Assembly (NCBI GenBank): GCA_964016885.1
Contig: OZ024745.1
Coordinates: 92,442,001-92,506,000 of the forward strand
DNA from: Eledone cirrhosa
Taxonomy: Eukaryota
Reading direction: 5' to 3'
Length of the DNA stretch: 64,000 bases
Part shown: positions 47,993-62,299 of the stretch, piece after piece
Numbering within the stretch: position 1 is the stretch's first letter
How the letters are laid out: every line of letters begins with the position of its first letter
The notes under the pieces: model-generated
The model's database searches: none
The model's input: only the letters and a program-made list of their open reading frames with translations
What the model was told of the DNA's origin: nothing
Translations under genes and position numbers: made by a program

Positions 47993-48036
47993 TATATATA
48001 TATATATGTATATATATATGTATATATATATATATG

Positions 48037-48083
<47 letters not shown>

Positions 48084-48677
48084 TATATATATATATATAA
48101 CATGTATCCCAGTACAACCTGTCCCATGGTCGGGTCGTTGGCGACTAAACTGGCAACCCCACAAAGGTTTCTTGGTGAGGAGGGTGACTTTGGACATCCT
48201 GCAGGACTAAAAAGAAAACCTGTCAAAGGGCAAAGGAGCTCTTAAGAGTCAATGGCCATCCAAAATCACCGGGAGAGATGACCCCTTAGCCTTTGTCAAG
48301 GCAGAATTCTAGGAGAAGGAAAACTCTGATATAACACCTGCAACCCTGATGGTGTCCAATGATGTTGACATGTTCTTCTTTTTGGTAAATATCATCTTGG
48401 TTAAGAGAGTGGGACTGGCTTTGTGCAGTGCCTTTGCTCACTATAAAAGCTTCACGGCACAGGCTTTGCTTTGTATCTGGAGATCTCTCTGCACCTGTCG
48501 TCACATGGTACCATGGGCCCAGCACTATGTGTCAATAATTGTCACAAGTGTAGTGTTTGTACCACAGTTTTCAAGTTGCTGACTGGACTAAAAAGTCACA
48601 CTCGTTCAGCGCATTGGTAGGGGTTCTCCTACATGGATATAAAGTAGTGGCCATACTCGTAAACGAGTTGGCAGCCA

Positions 48678-48718
<41 letters not shown>

Positions 48719-48904
48719 TGTAATAAACAACATAAGGCAATTATTCCATTTACCAGTGGTTTCTTTAAAGCAAAAAATGTTGCTTTCAATCATCAGAATG
48801 AAAAAATCCTGGTGTATTTATTGATATTAGATTCTAAAAACAAAAATGCAATCTATATGGAAGTGAGGCTGGAGAAGGAAGAAGGAAAGGAAAAATAAAA
48901 TAAA

Positions 48905-49613
48905 ACACTTGCAAACACACACTCACGCACACACAATTATATACATACACACATATATATATACATACATACACACATATATATATACATACATACACAC
49001 ACACATATACACACACATATACACATATATATGTGTACACATACACATACATATACACATACATACACACATAAATATCAACATATCCATACATACACAT
49101 ACATATATACAACCACACACATATATATACATATATATATAGAAATAGAAATATATATATATATATACATACACATACACATACATAGCCAAACACACAT
49201 ACATATACATACATACATACATACACACAATCATACGTATATACACACATACATACATACACATACATACACACACATATACATGCATACATATGCATGC
49301 ACAAAAATAGAAAAATATACACACACCTCTACATATTCACACACACAAATAAATATAAGAAAAAATATATATAATAATAAAAGACATAAAAAAGAAAATA
49401 AAGACTATTATAAAGTTGACAGCGATACAGGCAACAAATAAATGAACAAACACACGTGGTAAGCAATACACACAAATTCACGTACACATACGTACGTAAA
49501 AATAAATACATACACACACTCTCACACATAAATATACATATACAGATACATAAACACATACATACGCATACACAAATACATACACACACACACACATACA
49601 TATATACACACAC

Positions 49614-49676
<63 letters not shown>

Positions 49677-49818
49677 TACATCAATAGCCATACAATTATA
49701 CACATACAAATACGTACATATCACAAACACACACAACCAAATACAAACACACACACATATATATATGTGTGTAAAACTCATTCTTAGATAATTCATATGA
49801 ACCTTATTTAACTCTAAA

Positions 49819-49897
<79 letters not shown>

Positions 49898-50101
49898 GAT
49901 AAATCTACCAAGAGTTTACGGTAGTGTCCAATCCGTATGAAGAACTCAATGTATTCCGGATATCATGGAAAGAAGAGATGTAATGAAAAACCACTTTCGG
50001 TGAAAGATAAACGGTAAACAGAGTCAAGATAAAATATTAAACAAATAATGAATAAACAATTCCTTATATTAAACAAAAAAAGTTCATTATTTAACGATCG
50101 T

Positions 50102-50142
<41 letters not shown>

Positions 50143-50553
50143 CACATACATACATACTAACATACACATATATACCTACACACACATATATATATACACA
50201 TACGTATGCATACGTACACACACACACATATACATATATAACTCAATATATATATATATATATATGAGAAAGAACATAAATATTATAAAATAAATATTGT
50301 ATATATAAAAAAAATTGGGAATACGACAAATAATAAATAAAAAATATATATTTAGAAAAGGGTATAAATTCCTGGAGCAAAAGATCAATGAAAATAATCA
50401 TCAAATCACTATATGTAATGATGCACATACATACACCCTTATACATATATACATATACACACACACACAAACACACACACACAAATATATATACATACAC
50501 ACACGCACAAAAAAAAACCCAACCGCAGATATACAAACACACATACAATTACG

Positions 50554-50600
<47 letters not shown>
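48905..50600. repeat. Degenerate (CA)n/(TACA)n/(TA)n low-complexity region
   Basis: Seen directly. Confidence 0.9.
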
Positions 50601-50603
<3 letters not shown>

Positions 50604-50883
50604 TAGGAAAAAGTCTGACCCTACGGCAGAGCTCAACCCTTTTCTGAAGCTATTATATAAAAACACACAAAATCATTATATAAAAAATTAATATCTAAAA
50701 ATAAAAACATTTTGGTATGTGAAGGGTAAGGCAAAAAAACAGGGGGGGGAAAGAGGGAGGGAAAATGACATAGGAAAAGGTTTAAATATAAGGGAAGATA
50801 AGGGAGAAAGAGAATACAAGAGTACAGAACGTGGATTCAGCAGGTAAAAAAACCGTAGTAGAAGTAAAGAGCAGAAAAGGAGT

Positions 50884-51305
50884 TCAAGGTGGTTGAGTTA
50901 TCATAGGAATGTCAATCCAGTTACAGATCAGATGTGATTTCAGATGAGGACAACATCTGAAGATCTCGGTCTTTGAGTTCAGGCAAGCAGAAGTGGCTTT
51001 CAAGTTTAGCAAAATCCTATATTTTTCTGTGGTACACAAAGAACAATTCTTTGTGCCCCTTTGGTACTCCCTTGAATGGTCTAAAATAGACCAATCGATA
51101 GAGTACGGGATGTTTTTATCCTTGAAATCACACACCTTACTTGCGAGGGCTGTTGTTGTTCGTTTATCGGAGTGCTTAAAAGTAGCGACATGTGCATAAA
51201 ACCTGGTTTTAAACCTGTCCTGGGTCATACCAACATATCGCTCACTCCTGGCTGGCTGGTTGTTGATTAAAGGTGTTACTTTAGCCTCATAAACAACAGA
51301 TTTGG
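50884..51305 (-). mobile_element. Penelope-like GIY-YIG endonuclease fragment, third family
   Basis: KSVVYEAKV...RYVGMTQDRFKTRFYAH...F......T.L...W.IL.....Y......C.LC..EK..I......LN...E....C.H. Confidence 0.88.
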
Positions 51306-52731
51306 TGCCTTATGTTGTTTATTACATAACTATTAAGCTCTGTTACCTACACTGAGCACTCTTTTTTCCTGGACTTTTCCGACGGAATTACTTCATATAT
51401 ATATATATATATACATATATATATGTATGTAAAAGGTAAACAGAAATAACAACACAATCGGTACAGTATATGGAAGGGATATATTAGGTTAACGCTTAAA
51501 ATAGCAGGAAGAGGGTCTTAACGTTTCGGACGCTAGTCCTTCACCAGAAGAAAGAATGAGAAATAAGATAGATTGAGGGGACAGGCGGGTTGGAATTGGA
51601 AAAAATGTCTTTAGATAAAAATAACATCTCATGGAAAACTGTTGGTACTGGTATTTTGAGTATGACTTATTTTTTAGAAAAGTAGATGATTGAGTGTGTC
51701 TACCTGAAATGGAAAAAAAACCGTTTTGTAAAAAGAGCTATACTTGTGCACTTGCGTACTCATGTGTGTGTGCGTGTGTGTTATTATGCGTCCGTATGAA
51801 GCTAAGAAGAAATGTGTGTATATGTAAGTAAAAGAGTGTGTGTGCATGTAAGTATGAAGCTATGAGCAAAAGTATGTTAATATAAGGGTGTGTATATGTG
51901 TATACAGAGCAGTGAAGGGAAAAGTGGAGTGAACATATTTAGTCGGTCTGTATTAGTTGTAAGTGAAGATGTTAATGATCAAGAGAGAGCAATAGGAATC
52001 TAGGGGTACAAGCACGTGTGAAAATGGATGGGGGTATTAAAGAAATTGGGGAGGTGAGTTGAGTCCAAGAGGGGAATAGGACCCAATCATCATCATTTTA
52101 CGTCCGGTTTTCTTTGCTTGTGTGTGTGTGTGCGTGCATATTGTCTCCCCCTCTCACTCTATAGGGTAGAAAGAGCTACTGAGTCAAGTCAATGATCAGT
52201 AACTTCCTTAGTGCCATAATAAAATGTACTTAGTACACTCTGTAAATTGGTTAGTGATAGGATGGTCATCCTCTGTAAAAACCATGACAAAATCTGAAAT
52301 TATGTGAGATGACTTCCAGTCAGTCTGGAAGGACAGGAGTTCTGATTAGTATTACTTTGGTTTGTGATAACCTATCCAACCCAATTGGAATATGCTGCAG
52401 TGGATTGGCAGTATTGGTAGAGCGTCGGACACCATGCTTTGCACCATAGAGTTACGGCCCTTTACAGTATGAGTTCAAATCCTGCCAAGGTTAGCTTTGC
52501 CTTTCATCCATAAAATAAAGCACCAGTAATGCACTTGGGTCGATTTAATTGACTTCCCCGCTCTCCCAAAATTGCTGGCCTTGTGCCTATAGTAGAAACA
52601 ATTATTATTATTACCATTCTTACGGGGTCGATTTAATCAACTTTCCCCTTCCCCAAAAATTGCTGGCCTTGTGCCTAAATCAGAAACTATTATTTATCTA
52701 TAACACTCTATATTACTGCCTTGCTCCCCAT

Positions 52732-52733
<2 letters not shown>

Positions 52734-52808
<75 letters not shown>
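52734..52808. repeat. (CT)n microsatellite
   Basis: Seen directly. Confidence 0.95.
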
Positions 52809-52809
<1 letters not shown>

Positions 52810-54359
52810 CCTTTAAAAATTGAACCCCCACTAAAAAGGAATAACACAGCATGTCCTCAGCCGGATGGCTGGAACAGGTAAAGAGTAAAAAGAAATGAAT
52901 TTAAGTTTGCATCCTACTCTTAATTAGTACGCATTGAATGTTATGAAATGCTGTATGTAATTCTGTATGGAATTCTATGTAGTTTAAAGATTTACCACTG
53001 TTTCCAGTTTTCTATTGTCATATTCTTGTATTTTGTTTGTGTGATGTTATTTTCTTTATCAGTTGCTTCACTTTTTGTCATCTGAGATACAGAAACAGCT
53101 TCTTATATTCAAGTTTCTTTTGTCGCCTAGAGAAGATTCTGAAATGGTTTGAATCTGAGGTTAAAAAAACTTCAAAATCACTATGTGAAATGTTCTGCTA
53201 GTTGTAACACCTCAGACCCAGATTAGATAATCATTTTAATTTATAAAAGCTTAATTCTACTTACAGCTTTAATCTTCAAACATGTTACTGATAAGTACCA
53301 ATTCAAGCTGACTTATTACTATGACAACTAAAACACCCTCGTTAACTCTTTAGCATTTAAACCGGCCATATCTGGTCAGAATTCTCTCACCGCTTTCTGT
53401 TCAAACTGGCCATAACCGGCCACTCATACCAACGCAAATGTATTGTTCTCAAAATAAATAATAACATCATCAAAATCTTATAGATTCGATATTATGTAAG
53501 ATAAAGCCTTTACTGTGAAAATACAATAGTATATATATAGAGTAATGTAAATGCTAATGGGTTAATTCTACTTTCTCTCTTATAAACATATTCAGTTTTG
53601 CTCAGAGCTGTGATCCCCTAGCACTTATAGATGTGCTTGACTTAGATAATTACACAGTCCCAAATTTCTAGACAAGTTATTATGATGTTCAGTGATTTTT
53701 GTAAGGGATAAATAAAGTGAAATAATAACAATTTAGAATCATAATCATATCAAGAAATCACACATTGGATTGGCAGTATAGGTAGAGCGTCAGACACCAT
53801 GCTTTGCAGCATGGAGTTACGGCCCTTTACAGTCTGAGTTCAAATCCCACCGAGGTTAACTTTGCCTTTCATCCTTACAGGGTTGATAAAATAAAGCACC
53901 AATAATGCACTGGGATAATTGCTGGCCTTGTCCCAAAAAATGAAACAATTATTAAACTGGTGCTTAGAACATAACTTAACTAAAAGGTTCAGCGAGATAA
54001 TTTGCTGAAGGCTGCAGACAAGATCTGTGGCTGATTCAAGAGGCCAAGAAGATGGAGTGGTGAAATAGTAAGATAGATGAGGTTATTAAAGCTAAGAAAC
54101 AGACATAGAAGGATTGAAAGAATGGGGGAAGCAGGAAGCTATACCATGAAATGAAAAGAGAAGTTTGGGGTATTATTGAAAATGTATGTGAAGCTAGTCC
54201 TTTAGGGACATAAAGTAGCTCACCTGGTAGCTAATGATAGCTTTGTAAGTTTTAACTATCAGGATTTAACAAATTACCATTCAAAATGCACTCAGGGCAA
54301 AAAAAAGTCCTCTTTCTATAATTACTACTTCAATTTCTATTCAGATATTGGGCTTTTAT

Positions 54360-54670
54360 ATGAAGGGTATGGGTCTTGACTGCAAGAGACTTGTGATGGC
54401 TTGAAAAAATGAAACTAGTATGCTCTGATGGATGTGCAATGTCAATGTACATGATTGATGTAGCATAAGCAAGCTGAACAGAAAACTTTGTATAAGAGAA
54501 ATTGGATACAGTATGCAAGAGAGAAGATTGCATTGGTATGGACATCTCGTGGAAGAGGTAGACCTAGGGTGAGATGGGATAAAGTAGTGATTGACCTTAA
54601 GAAGCTGAACCTCATGACAAAGAACTGCAAGGATTGGTGGCATGCTGTACTGGAGAAGAACCACATACCA
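54360..54670 (+). mobile_element. Highly degenerate RTE LINE 3' fragment
   Basis: LEKNETSML.WMCN..., LHWYGH, RGRGRPRVRWDKVV..DLK, followed by RTE/SINE-type tail repeats to ~55400. Confidence 0.7.
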
Positions 54671-56322
54671 GCAAAAAATATGACCTGTCTCCTGCTGTGG
54701 TATCTATGCTTACCATCACTCTACACCCATCTCCATCCTGTTTAAATCCTAAGTAGCTGTTTGCATCATCACTGTATCCCCTCCCTTGTCTCATCACTTC
54801 GACATTCTCCAATGCTGGTCCCATGACAAAACATACCCAGTACACTCTATAAAATGGTTGGTGTTAGGAAGGGCATTCAGCTGTAGAAACTCTGCCAAAA
54901 AGAGCTGAGATGATGCTCCAGTCACAAAACACTAATCTCTCTATTGCCTATGTCACAAAAAATGTACCCTATGAGGTGATTGGTAATAGAAAGGGTATTG
55001 AGCTGTAGAAACCATGCCATAAAGAACCCAAAAGACTCTTCAGTTGTGTCAAAGGCATGACAACCTCTCTAGTGTTGGAGATCTACATGGTAAACACACC
55101 CAGTACACTCTGTGGCTGATGATAGGAAGGGTATCCAGCTATAGAAAACCTGCCAAACAAAGGGTTAGGAGGACTCTTCTGCTATGTCAAAAGGCATGAC
55201 AATCTTTCTGATGCTGGTGCCAAGATAAAATGCACATGGGGCAGTCTATAGAATGCGGGATTGTATGTAAACAAGAAATAGGCCCTTTGCCTATCTGAGA
55301 ACTCAGTAGCTTTAATTTAGTAATGACTTAGTCTGTGACAACCTATCCAACCCTTGCTAGAACGAAAACAGATGTTAAATGAGGACAATGATGATGCTAT
55401 GTATTTTTAAGTAAAACAGATTATTTATCTTTGCATTCAGAGTTATGTTTCATAGTTTATTGTGTCATTGGAGCAATGCTGGAAAGATTTAAATTCCATA
55501 CTTTGAGTGTATAATGAAATATTAATTATTCATAGTGTTAATAAATTACTAAGATATACAAATATATGTACTGATATCCATATTTTGACTCATTGTGAAA
55601 GTGGACCTATGAGGACTTTTTGTCAGCTTGTTTAGAGGAGCCTTGTTATTTAACATGATTTGATCATTTCTCTGTTCTAATCTGTTGAAAGTAGCTAAAG
55701 ACTATATGTATTGGAATGTGAACAAGTATTTTATCAGACACAAATTCATTTTCATGATAGTAGAAGGTTGACTAATTGACAATATAGTAGTTGTACAGCA
55801 TGGGTTATGATTTGTAAGTTGTTGTTTTTTTTTTTTTCATAGTTTATCAATTTTTAGAGCGTGTATTTAAGTATAAATGTTATAAATTCAACATTTTATG
55901 ATGCAAATTTAGCATTTTATAATTTTCAAAAAAAGAAGTGTTCTGAAATATTTGTTGAACAGATTGTTTCAATTTATTGTAATAATCAAAATCCGTTTTC
56001 AAATAGTTCTTGCTCTTTCCCTCCTTTTCTTCTCATTTATGATATTTATAGTCCTTTCTTTTGCATTCCTATACAGCCAGATCTTCTCTTCTTTACCCCT
56101 TCCCCCTTTTTTTTCATTATTTATATAATTAATAATTGTTTCTACTTTAGGCACAAGGCCAGCAATTACCCAGTGCATTACTGGTACTTTATTTTATCGA
56201 CCCCGTAAGGATGAAAGGCAAAGTCAACCTCGGCGAGATTTGAACTCAGATCGTAAAGGGACGTAACTATGCTGGAAAGCATGGCGTCCGACCCTCTACC
56301 GATACTGCCAATAATGAAAACT

Positions 56323-56500
56323 TACCGTATTTCCCGGCGTCGAAGACGCTACTTTTTTCCTAAAATAAGTCTAAAAAATCTATCGCATGCGTCCTGGAGG
56401 CCGAAGGTTGTATATTTATTTATTTTTTTCAAATTTTTGGTTATCAAAATTAAGGTGCGTCCTCGAGGACGAAGCATCTTCGGTGCTGGGAAATACGGTA
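56323..56500. mobile_element. pogo/Tc1-like MITE; inverted copy at 59344-59502
   Basis: TA-CCGTATTTCCC ... GGGAAATACGG-TA terminal inverted repeats. Same terminal motif as the pogo remnant at 14831. Confidence 0.75.
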
Positions 56501-56681
56501 ATAAATGATTTATAAAAGAAGAAAATACATATCTAAATATAAATATTTATTTCCTAGACACTGAAAAAAACACAACAACAAGTGACCGTATATGCAATCT
56601 GTTTTAATTGAATTCATTGTTTTCATAAATATGTAACAATAGATGCCTGAAATGACTGATAGTCAATTCTTTTATCTTCAG

Positions 56682-56825
56682 CTAAGATTAGCTTGTACTT
56701 CCTCTGCTTTTACTCAATGTTGTTTCTGGTCAGTTCTTTGATGTTCATGGTTTTTTATGCACTTATGATTCCGGAAGTGGAACCCCATCTACAAAATTCG
56801 CATAACTTGCTGAATGGAACACCAG
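56682..56825 (+). CDS. Na+/K+-ATPase beta-subunit family gene, coding exon 2 (transmembrane helix)
   Basis: Acceptor TTTTATCTTCAG, phase 1. Encodes (A)KISLYFLCFYSMLFLVSSLMFMVFYALMIPEVEPHLQNSHNLLNGTP(G). Donor G|GTAAAT. Continues SW-xKI as in beta subunits. Absent from the ORF track. Confidence 0.9.
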
Positions 56826-57726
56826 GTAAATTTAAGTATTTTTCTTAATTATAGGAAATATTACATTTCACGACATAAGTAAACGGTACATGAAATTTAT
56901 GAAACTGATAACTTAATTTTATTAAATTAACCATTTTGATACCAAATTAATTGAAACCACCCCTGGCTTTAAGATACAAAACTGTCCATTTTTATGTGTT
57001 TGTGTTTATCTAAAAACCTTCCATCATAATTCTATGTAAGAAGCTTTAAAGAGGAAGTTAGTTATATTAGTAAAGCCCTCTAAATTCTAGCTAAAATGAA
57101 ATTATGATAATTCTAGCCTGGTCTGATTTAAACCACCTTAGGTGATCCTCACTCTCATCAAAGGGCTTCTCCTGCCTGATTCTGCCTAGGTCAAAGGAAG
57201 GCCAAAAGTTTAGTATATCTGAGAGAGATAACCAGGTGCCGGGATTGCCAAGAGTCAGCAATACTAGACTCAAAAGCTTTAATGGGATCTTGCTCTGGTT
57301 GCACATTTGATGGATGGCTTTGATGAGTTCATTTGTAAAATGAAAACCAATATCTATCCTTTGTAGATAGATATTGGTTTTCTGTCCTGTCAAGGTGTCC
57401 ATCCACTTTCCACACCTCAGAATTTAACCCTAGAGTGTGGTTACCAGTTTACTCACCGATGGCTTAACAATGAATAAAGTAGTACAGGTTTACATGATTA
57501 CCAGTAGCAGATCATTCAATCTGACCAGACATGTAGTGATAAGAAATGATTTAAAACACTGTAGATGTAATTCAAAAAGAAATTTAATTTAAATTTCTGT
57601 ATCTTTTGACTAATTTTTTCTAACTAACCTCTTATTTTATTTGTTCCCAGTTGAATAGTTCATATATTTCAATGAGTTTTGAAGATATTTATAAGAGCAA
57701 TATCATTTTATTTTATTTTACTGCAG

Positions 57727-57831
57727 GTTTATCTGTTATGCCTACACATATTGGGGGTCTAATATATATGAAAATGAATAAGACAAGTATTGCTGACCCT
57801 TATATAAAAGAACTTGAAGCGGCTCTCAAAG
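57727..57831 (+). CDS. Na+/K+-ATPase beta-subunit family gene, coding exon 3
   Basis: Acceptor TTTTACTGCAG. Encodes (G)LSVMPTHIGGLIYMKMNKTSIADPYIKELEAALK, giving the PGLxxxP motif across the junction. Donor G|GTAGGT, phase 1. Confidence 0.88.
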
Positions 57832-60295
57832 GTAGGTTTCAGATCATTGTCATCATCATAATCTCTGGCCAAAGGTTTTTGACATCTATTTCAACTACTG
57901 AAGGTAATTTTTAGCCTATGCATATACATAGAATTTCTACTCAAAATATTTCTTAGTTTGTCTTAAATTCAGTCCCAGACAACTATTAACCTTCTATAAA
58001 GTTCAGCTGAGACTTACAATGGAGTTCTTGGATGGTGCTGCTGCTCTACAGATAGATATTGTAGACTGTAGCCAAAGAAATTTGTGTCAGATTAACTTGA
58101 TTTTGTTGTTAACTTATTTTCAGAATTGTTTAATTTTAATACCTAACATTTATTTATTCTCTAATTTCTTACTCATGGGAAGTAGCCCTACTCTTGCACT
58201 GTCCTGGTTAGCCAGTTTTTCCCTGGAATATGAAATCAGATGTGTTTACACCTTTCTGAGCTTATACTTTTATTGTTATCTATTTCAAATGGTTACAACA
58301 GAAAGGAAGACTGATGTAATTCATCATTTCTTTATTGATGGTCAAAATATATCAAAATACAAAACCAGATTTAATGATATTTTCATTTGATATAAGGACA
58401 AAATTTGGTTAGAGCAAATATTTGTAACTAATAACAGATCATAGGAAAATTAGAGCAGACATATGACCTTTCTGTTTCTCCTACTTCTTTGAAACAGTTT
58501 CCATTATTCCATTGGTCTTCATAATTCGATTCTTCTGCATATCTATTAGTCCCATTATAACTGTTATTAGTCAAGCATTTGGTGTAGAATAGCATCCTAT
58601 TTTCCTTGACATGAGATACCCCAAAAGCTATAGTTAGATGAATTAACTGTTTTATTTCATGTTCATAAGTGTTGGTGTATAAATGCTTGTATGTAAAGGG
58701 TATTACATTTTGAGCTAATGATTGTAATTTCATATGTGTGAAAACAACTTAAGTAATGTATAGTTTGTATTGTGCAATAGTTTCTCAAATGCTTTGAAAA
58801 GGAAAACACAGTTTTCTTGATAACAGATTTGATATAATTTGATATATCACGGATAGAATGTCAGGAAAAAATCAGCTCTAGAATTTAGTATAGCAAACAG
58901 GAAACTCTGGTAATATGTAATATACCAATAGTAACAATTAACATTCTTATGAATTGATAGAAGCCAAATCAACTATTAATCCTTTAGTATTTAAACCAGC
59001 CATATCTGGCCAGAATTCTCTCATCTCTTTCTGTTCAAACCGCCCATAACTTGTCCTTCATACGACTTTAAGGTATTGTTCTCAAAATAAATAATATCAA
59101 AATCTCATAGATTCGATATTATGTGAGATAATTATGTTAGATAAAGCCTTTACCATGAAAATATAATAGTATATATAGAGCAATGTAAATGCTAAAGAGT
59201 TAAACAGATAGTAACAATTCATTTGTTGCAGCATATTCCTTATGCTTATTTATAAATCTCTATAAATTTTTCCATGTATGTCTACTTGTGTAGGTTTTGT
59301 GGTTCAACAATATTACCTTTTTCCGAATATTTTCTATTTTGATTACTGTATTTCCCGGTGCCGAAGACGCTTCATCCTCGAGGATGCACCCTAATTTTGA
59401 CAACCAAAAATTTGAAAAAAAATAATAAACAACCTTCAGCTTCCAGGATACATGGTAGATTTTTTAGACTTATTTTAGGAAAAAGTAGCCAGGAAATACG
59501 GTTTCTTGTAACCTCTAACCTACTTTAATAAGAATAATAAAAGAAAGCTATTTTATCTTTAATTTTGTGATATTCGACTGCTTTATTTGAAATCCATTGT
59601 AGATAGGTTGAGTATGCTTAATTCGATGCACCACAGTACACAGTATCAGGAATAGACATCAAATTCTCAGCAAATGTTACCTGAGCTAAATCAGTGTCCT
59701 ATCTAGAGAAAACATACTTCAACTATTTAATCCTTTAGCATTTACATTACTCTATATATATTGTTGTATTTTTGTGGTAAAGGCTTTATCTTACATAATT
59801 ATCTCACATAATATTGAATCTATGAGATTTTGAATATTATTTATTTTGGGAACAATACCTTAATATCAGTATGAGTGGCTGGTTATGACTGGTTTGAACA
59901 GAAAGAGTTGAGAGAATTCTGATTGAATACAGCCAGTTTAAATGCTAAAGGGTAAATGTCACAAAACAGAAACTAAAGCCCTGACTTTAAAAGTTCTTCA
60001 GGGAAACATTTATATGACATTTTTCAGATCTACTGTAACCTTAGCTACCATACTGGTTCATAATTCTAATTACATGCCCCAAAACTGAGTGTTTTCTCTT
60101 ATTTACTGCAATCAATGTACCAATATATTTGATTCACTCCCATTATGCTTGCATAAGATCATAGTCATAAAACATCATGCATATCTTATTTACAGTAGAA
60201 ATGGAAAAGACCATAGCTGTATGACCTCTTGTGTACAGGATAAGTTTCAAATCTGTTCAGAAAACCTTTTTCTAAACTATTAATATTCTCTGCAC

Positions 60296-60345
<50 letters not shown>

Positions 60346-60346
<1 letters not shown>

Positions 60347-60874
60347 AGTTGCATTTATCTTGCTTTATGTTCATACGAGTTATCACCAAGTCACAACCAG
60401 TGACCTCAAGAGACAACAAGGTCCGCCATGTTCAAGAAAGAACATACATACTCACACATGCATCTTTAGTGTTTAGACTTGTGATGTACTTATATTGACA
60501 GAATCTTCCTTAGTATATGGGCAGTTCCCATTAGTACTATCTTTTGTATTTCTCCTATACGCGGGTTTCCTGGGATTTGCGATAAGTAATCATTAGACCC
60601 CTTAGGTATCATTCCCAGAGCGCCTACAACCACTGGTATTGTTTTAGTTCTCAATTTCCACATTTTTCCAATTTCTATCTCCAGGTCCTTATACTTGCTC
60701 AATTTTTCAAATGTTTTTATAGATACATTCTTGTCTATTGGAACAGACATATCAATTAGCAGGCATACCCTCTTTTTAAAGTCCTTCAATATTATATCAG
60801 GTCTATTTGCATCTATTTTTCGGTCTGTTTGGATGCTAAAGTTCCACAAGATTGAGATGTGATCTTTTTCAAGT
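60346..60874 (-). mobile_element. R4/Dong-like non-LTR retrotransposon 3' end joined to (TAA)n
   Basis: WNFSIQTDRKIDANRPDII...LIDMSVP...K..KYKDL...IPVVVGALG RLE motif, a short 3' UTR, then (TAA)n at 60295-60345. Confidence 0.88.
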
Positions 60875-61073
60875 ATGTTACCTGAGCTAAATCAGTGTCC
60901 TATCTAGAGAAAACATACTTCAACTATTTAATCCTTTAGCATTTACATTACTCTATATATATTGTTGTATTTTTGTGGTAAAAGCTTTATCTTACATAAT
61001 TATCTCACATAATATTGAATCTATGAGATTTTGAATATTATTTATTTTGGGAACAATACCTTAATATCATTAA

Positions 61074-61330
61074 TTCTTCTTCTTCTTCTTCTTCTTCTTC
61101 TTCTTCTTCTTCTTCTTCTTCTTCTTCTTCTTCTTCTTCTTCTTCTTCAGAGGGTTGGGGGCAGAATCTTCAAACACTCCTTTGCAGCAGGTCCTGTCAA
61201 AAGCAACCATCTCCAACTGATCCAGCTGGATCCCCAAGCAAGAATAGCCAAGCTCATAGATGTTATCCAACCATCTTGCTCAGGGTCTGCTGCTGATTGG
61301 TTTTGCCTGTAAAATCTGTCTACCAATTCT
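61074..61330 (-). mobile_element. LINE 3'-end fragment with (GAA)n tail
   Basis: (TTC)n at 61074-61148 abuts a degenerate RTE-like C-terminus (W.DNI.....L...A.DR). Confidence 0.5.
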
Positions 61331-62057
61331 ATCCTGAGACATTCTAACCGCATGTCCATTAGTATCAGTGCTGTTATCTCAATTCGGTAGTAGTAATGTC
61401 CTCCCAACTTATTGTTTATGTTACTTAAAATAATTTAGGTATTTCTGAAGCAAAGCGAAGTTAGTAAGTGTTGTTAGAGGTGAAATAACACGACAAAATA
61501 GATGGTTTCGTTTAGGTATAAAATTTACTTCACTTCGGTGTTTAAAGGAACAAAGAATAGAGAGTAGTAAGATATCGTTCGTTAGTAGTAGCAGCAAAGT
61601 AGTAATCAAAGCTCAGTGACATCAGAAAGTGAGAGTCTGTAAGACCAGGGGAGAGAGAGATAGTCTGTAGACCCCCAAGGGGGTCTGTAGAAAGCAAATG
61701 TTTTACATCAGGAACTGCTTCGAACTGCCTTCTTGCTTGGTCTAAGACAGGTTATTTATATCTGTCGCTTCCTCTGTCCCCTCGAGGGATCGCCCACGCA
61801 TAGACTTTTTTACGCCAAAAAAGAGGTAACCCAGAATTTGACTGTTAAATGTCACCCAGGGGTCAAGGTGTGGACAGATTTCGCTACACTTTTTTAAATA
61901 TGGTATTGTTTCATATAAAGAATCTATTATAGATTTTAAATCAAATTTTGAATGAAAAGATGTCAAATCATTTAGTATTTTCCTTCATCACTTGTTAAAC
62001 TTAACATGTTTATCATTTTATTTGTAATTGTTAACATTAGTTAGATTTTCATTTCAG

Positions 62058-62239
62058 AATTGAGAGTGTCAAAAAATGGTTCAAATGTTGTGAATTGTTC
62101 TGCACAAGCCAAGGAGAATGATAACCAAGTTTGCATGCTAGATGATTCAGAGTTTTTCCCATCAAATTCACCATGTACTAAGAAAAATAATTTTGGCTAT
62201 TATGATGGCAAACCATGCTTCATTGTAAGGCTGAATAAG
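62058..62239 (+). CDS. Na+/K+-ATPase beta-subunit family gene, coding exon 4 (ectodomain cysteines); gene continues beyond the window
   Basis: Acceptor TTTCATTTCAG. Encodes (E)LRVSKNGSNVVNCSAQAKENDNQVCMLDDSEFFPSNSPCTKKNNFGYYDGKPCFIVRLNK, with the CxxxxxFGYxxGxPCxxxxLNK signature and four Cys. Donor AAG|GTTAGT, phase 0. Confidence 0.93.
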
Positions 62240-62299
62240 GTTAGTTTTCTAGTATTTTTCTGCACAGATTTTGTGTCACTGTATATTAATTTTCTAACC

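Noticed and set aside
48110-48680. Unique-looking GC-richer segment as a possible exon
   Set aside because: No clean frame or splice sites. It looks like retroelement UTR debris that I cannot classify.
48761-48802. Minus-strand CTGATGA-TT-GAAA-GCAA..TTGC-TT hammerhead-like string
   Set aside because: Stem II is absent (2 nt) and stem I is poor. At best a deleted remnant.
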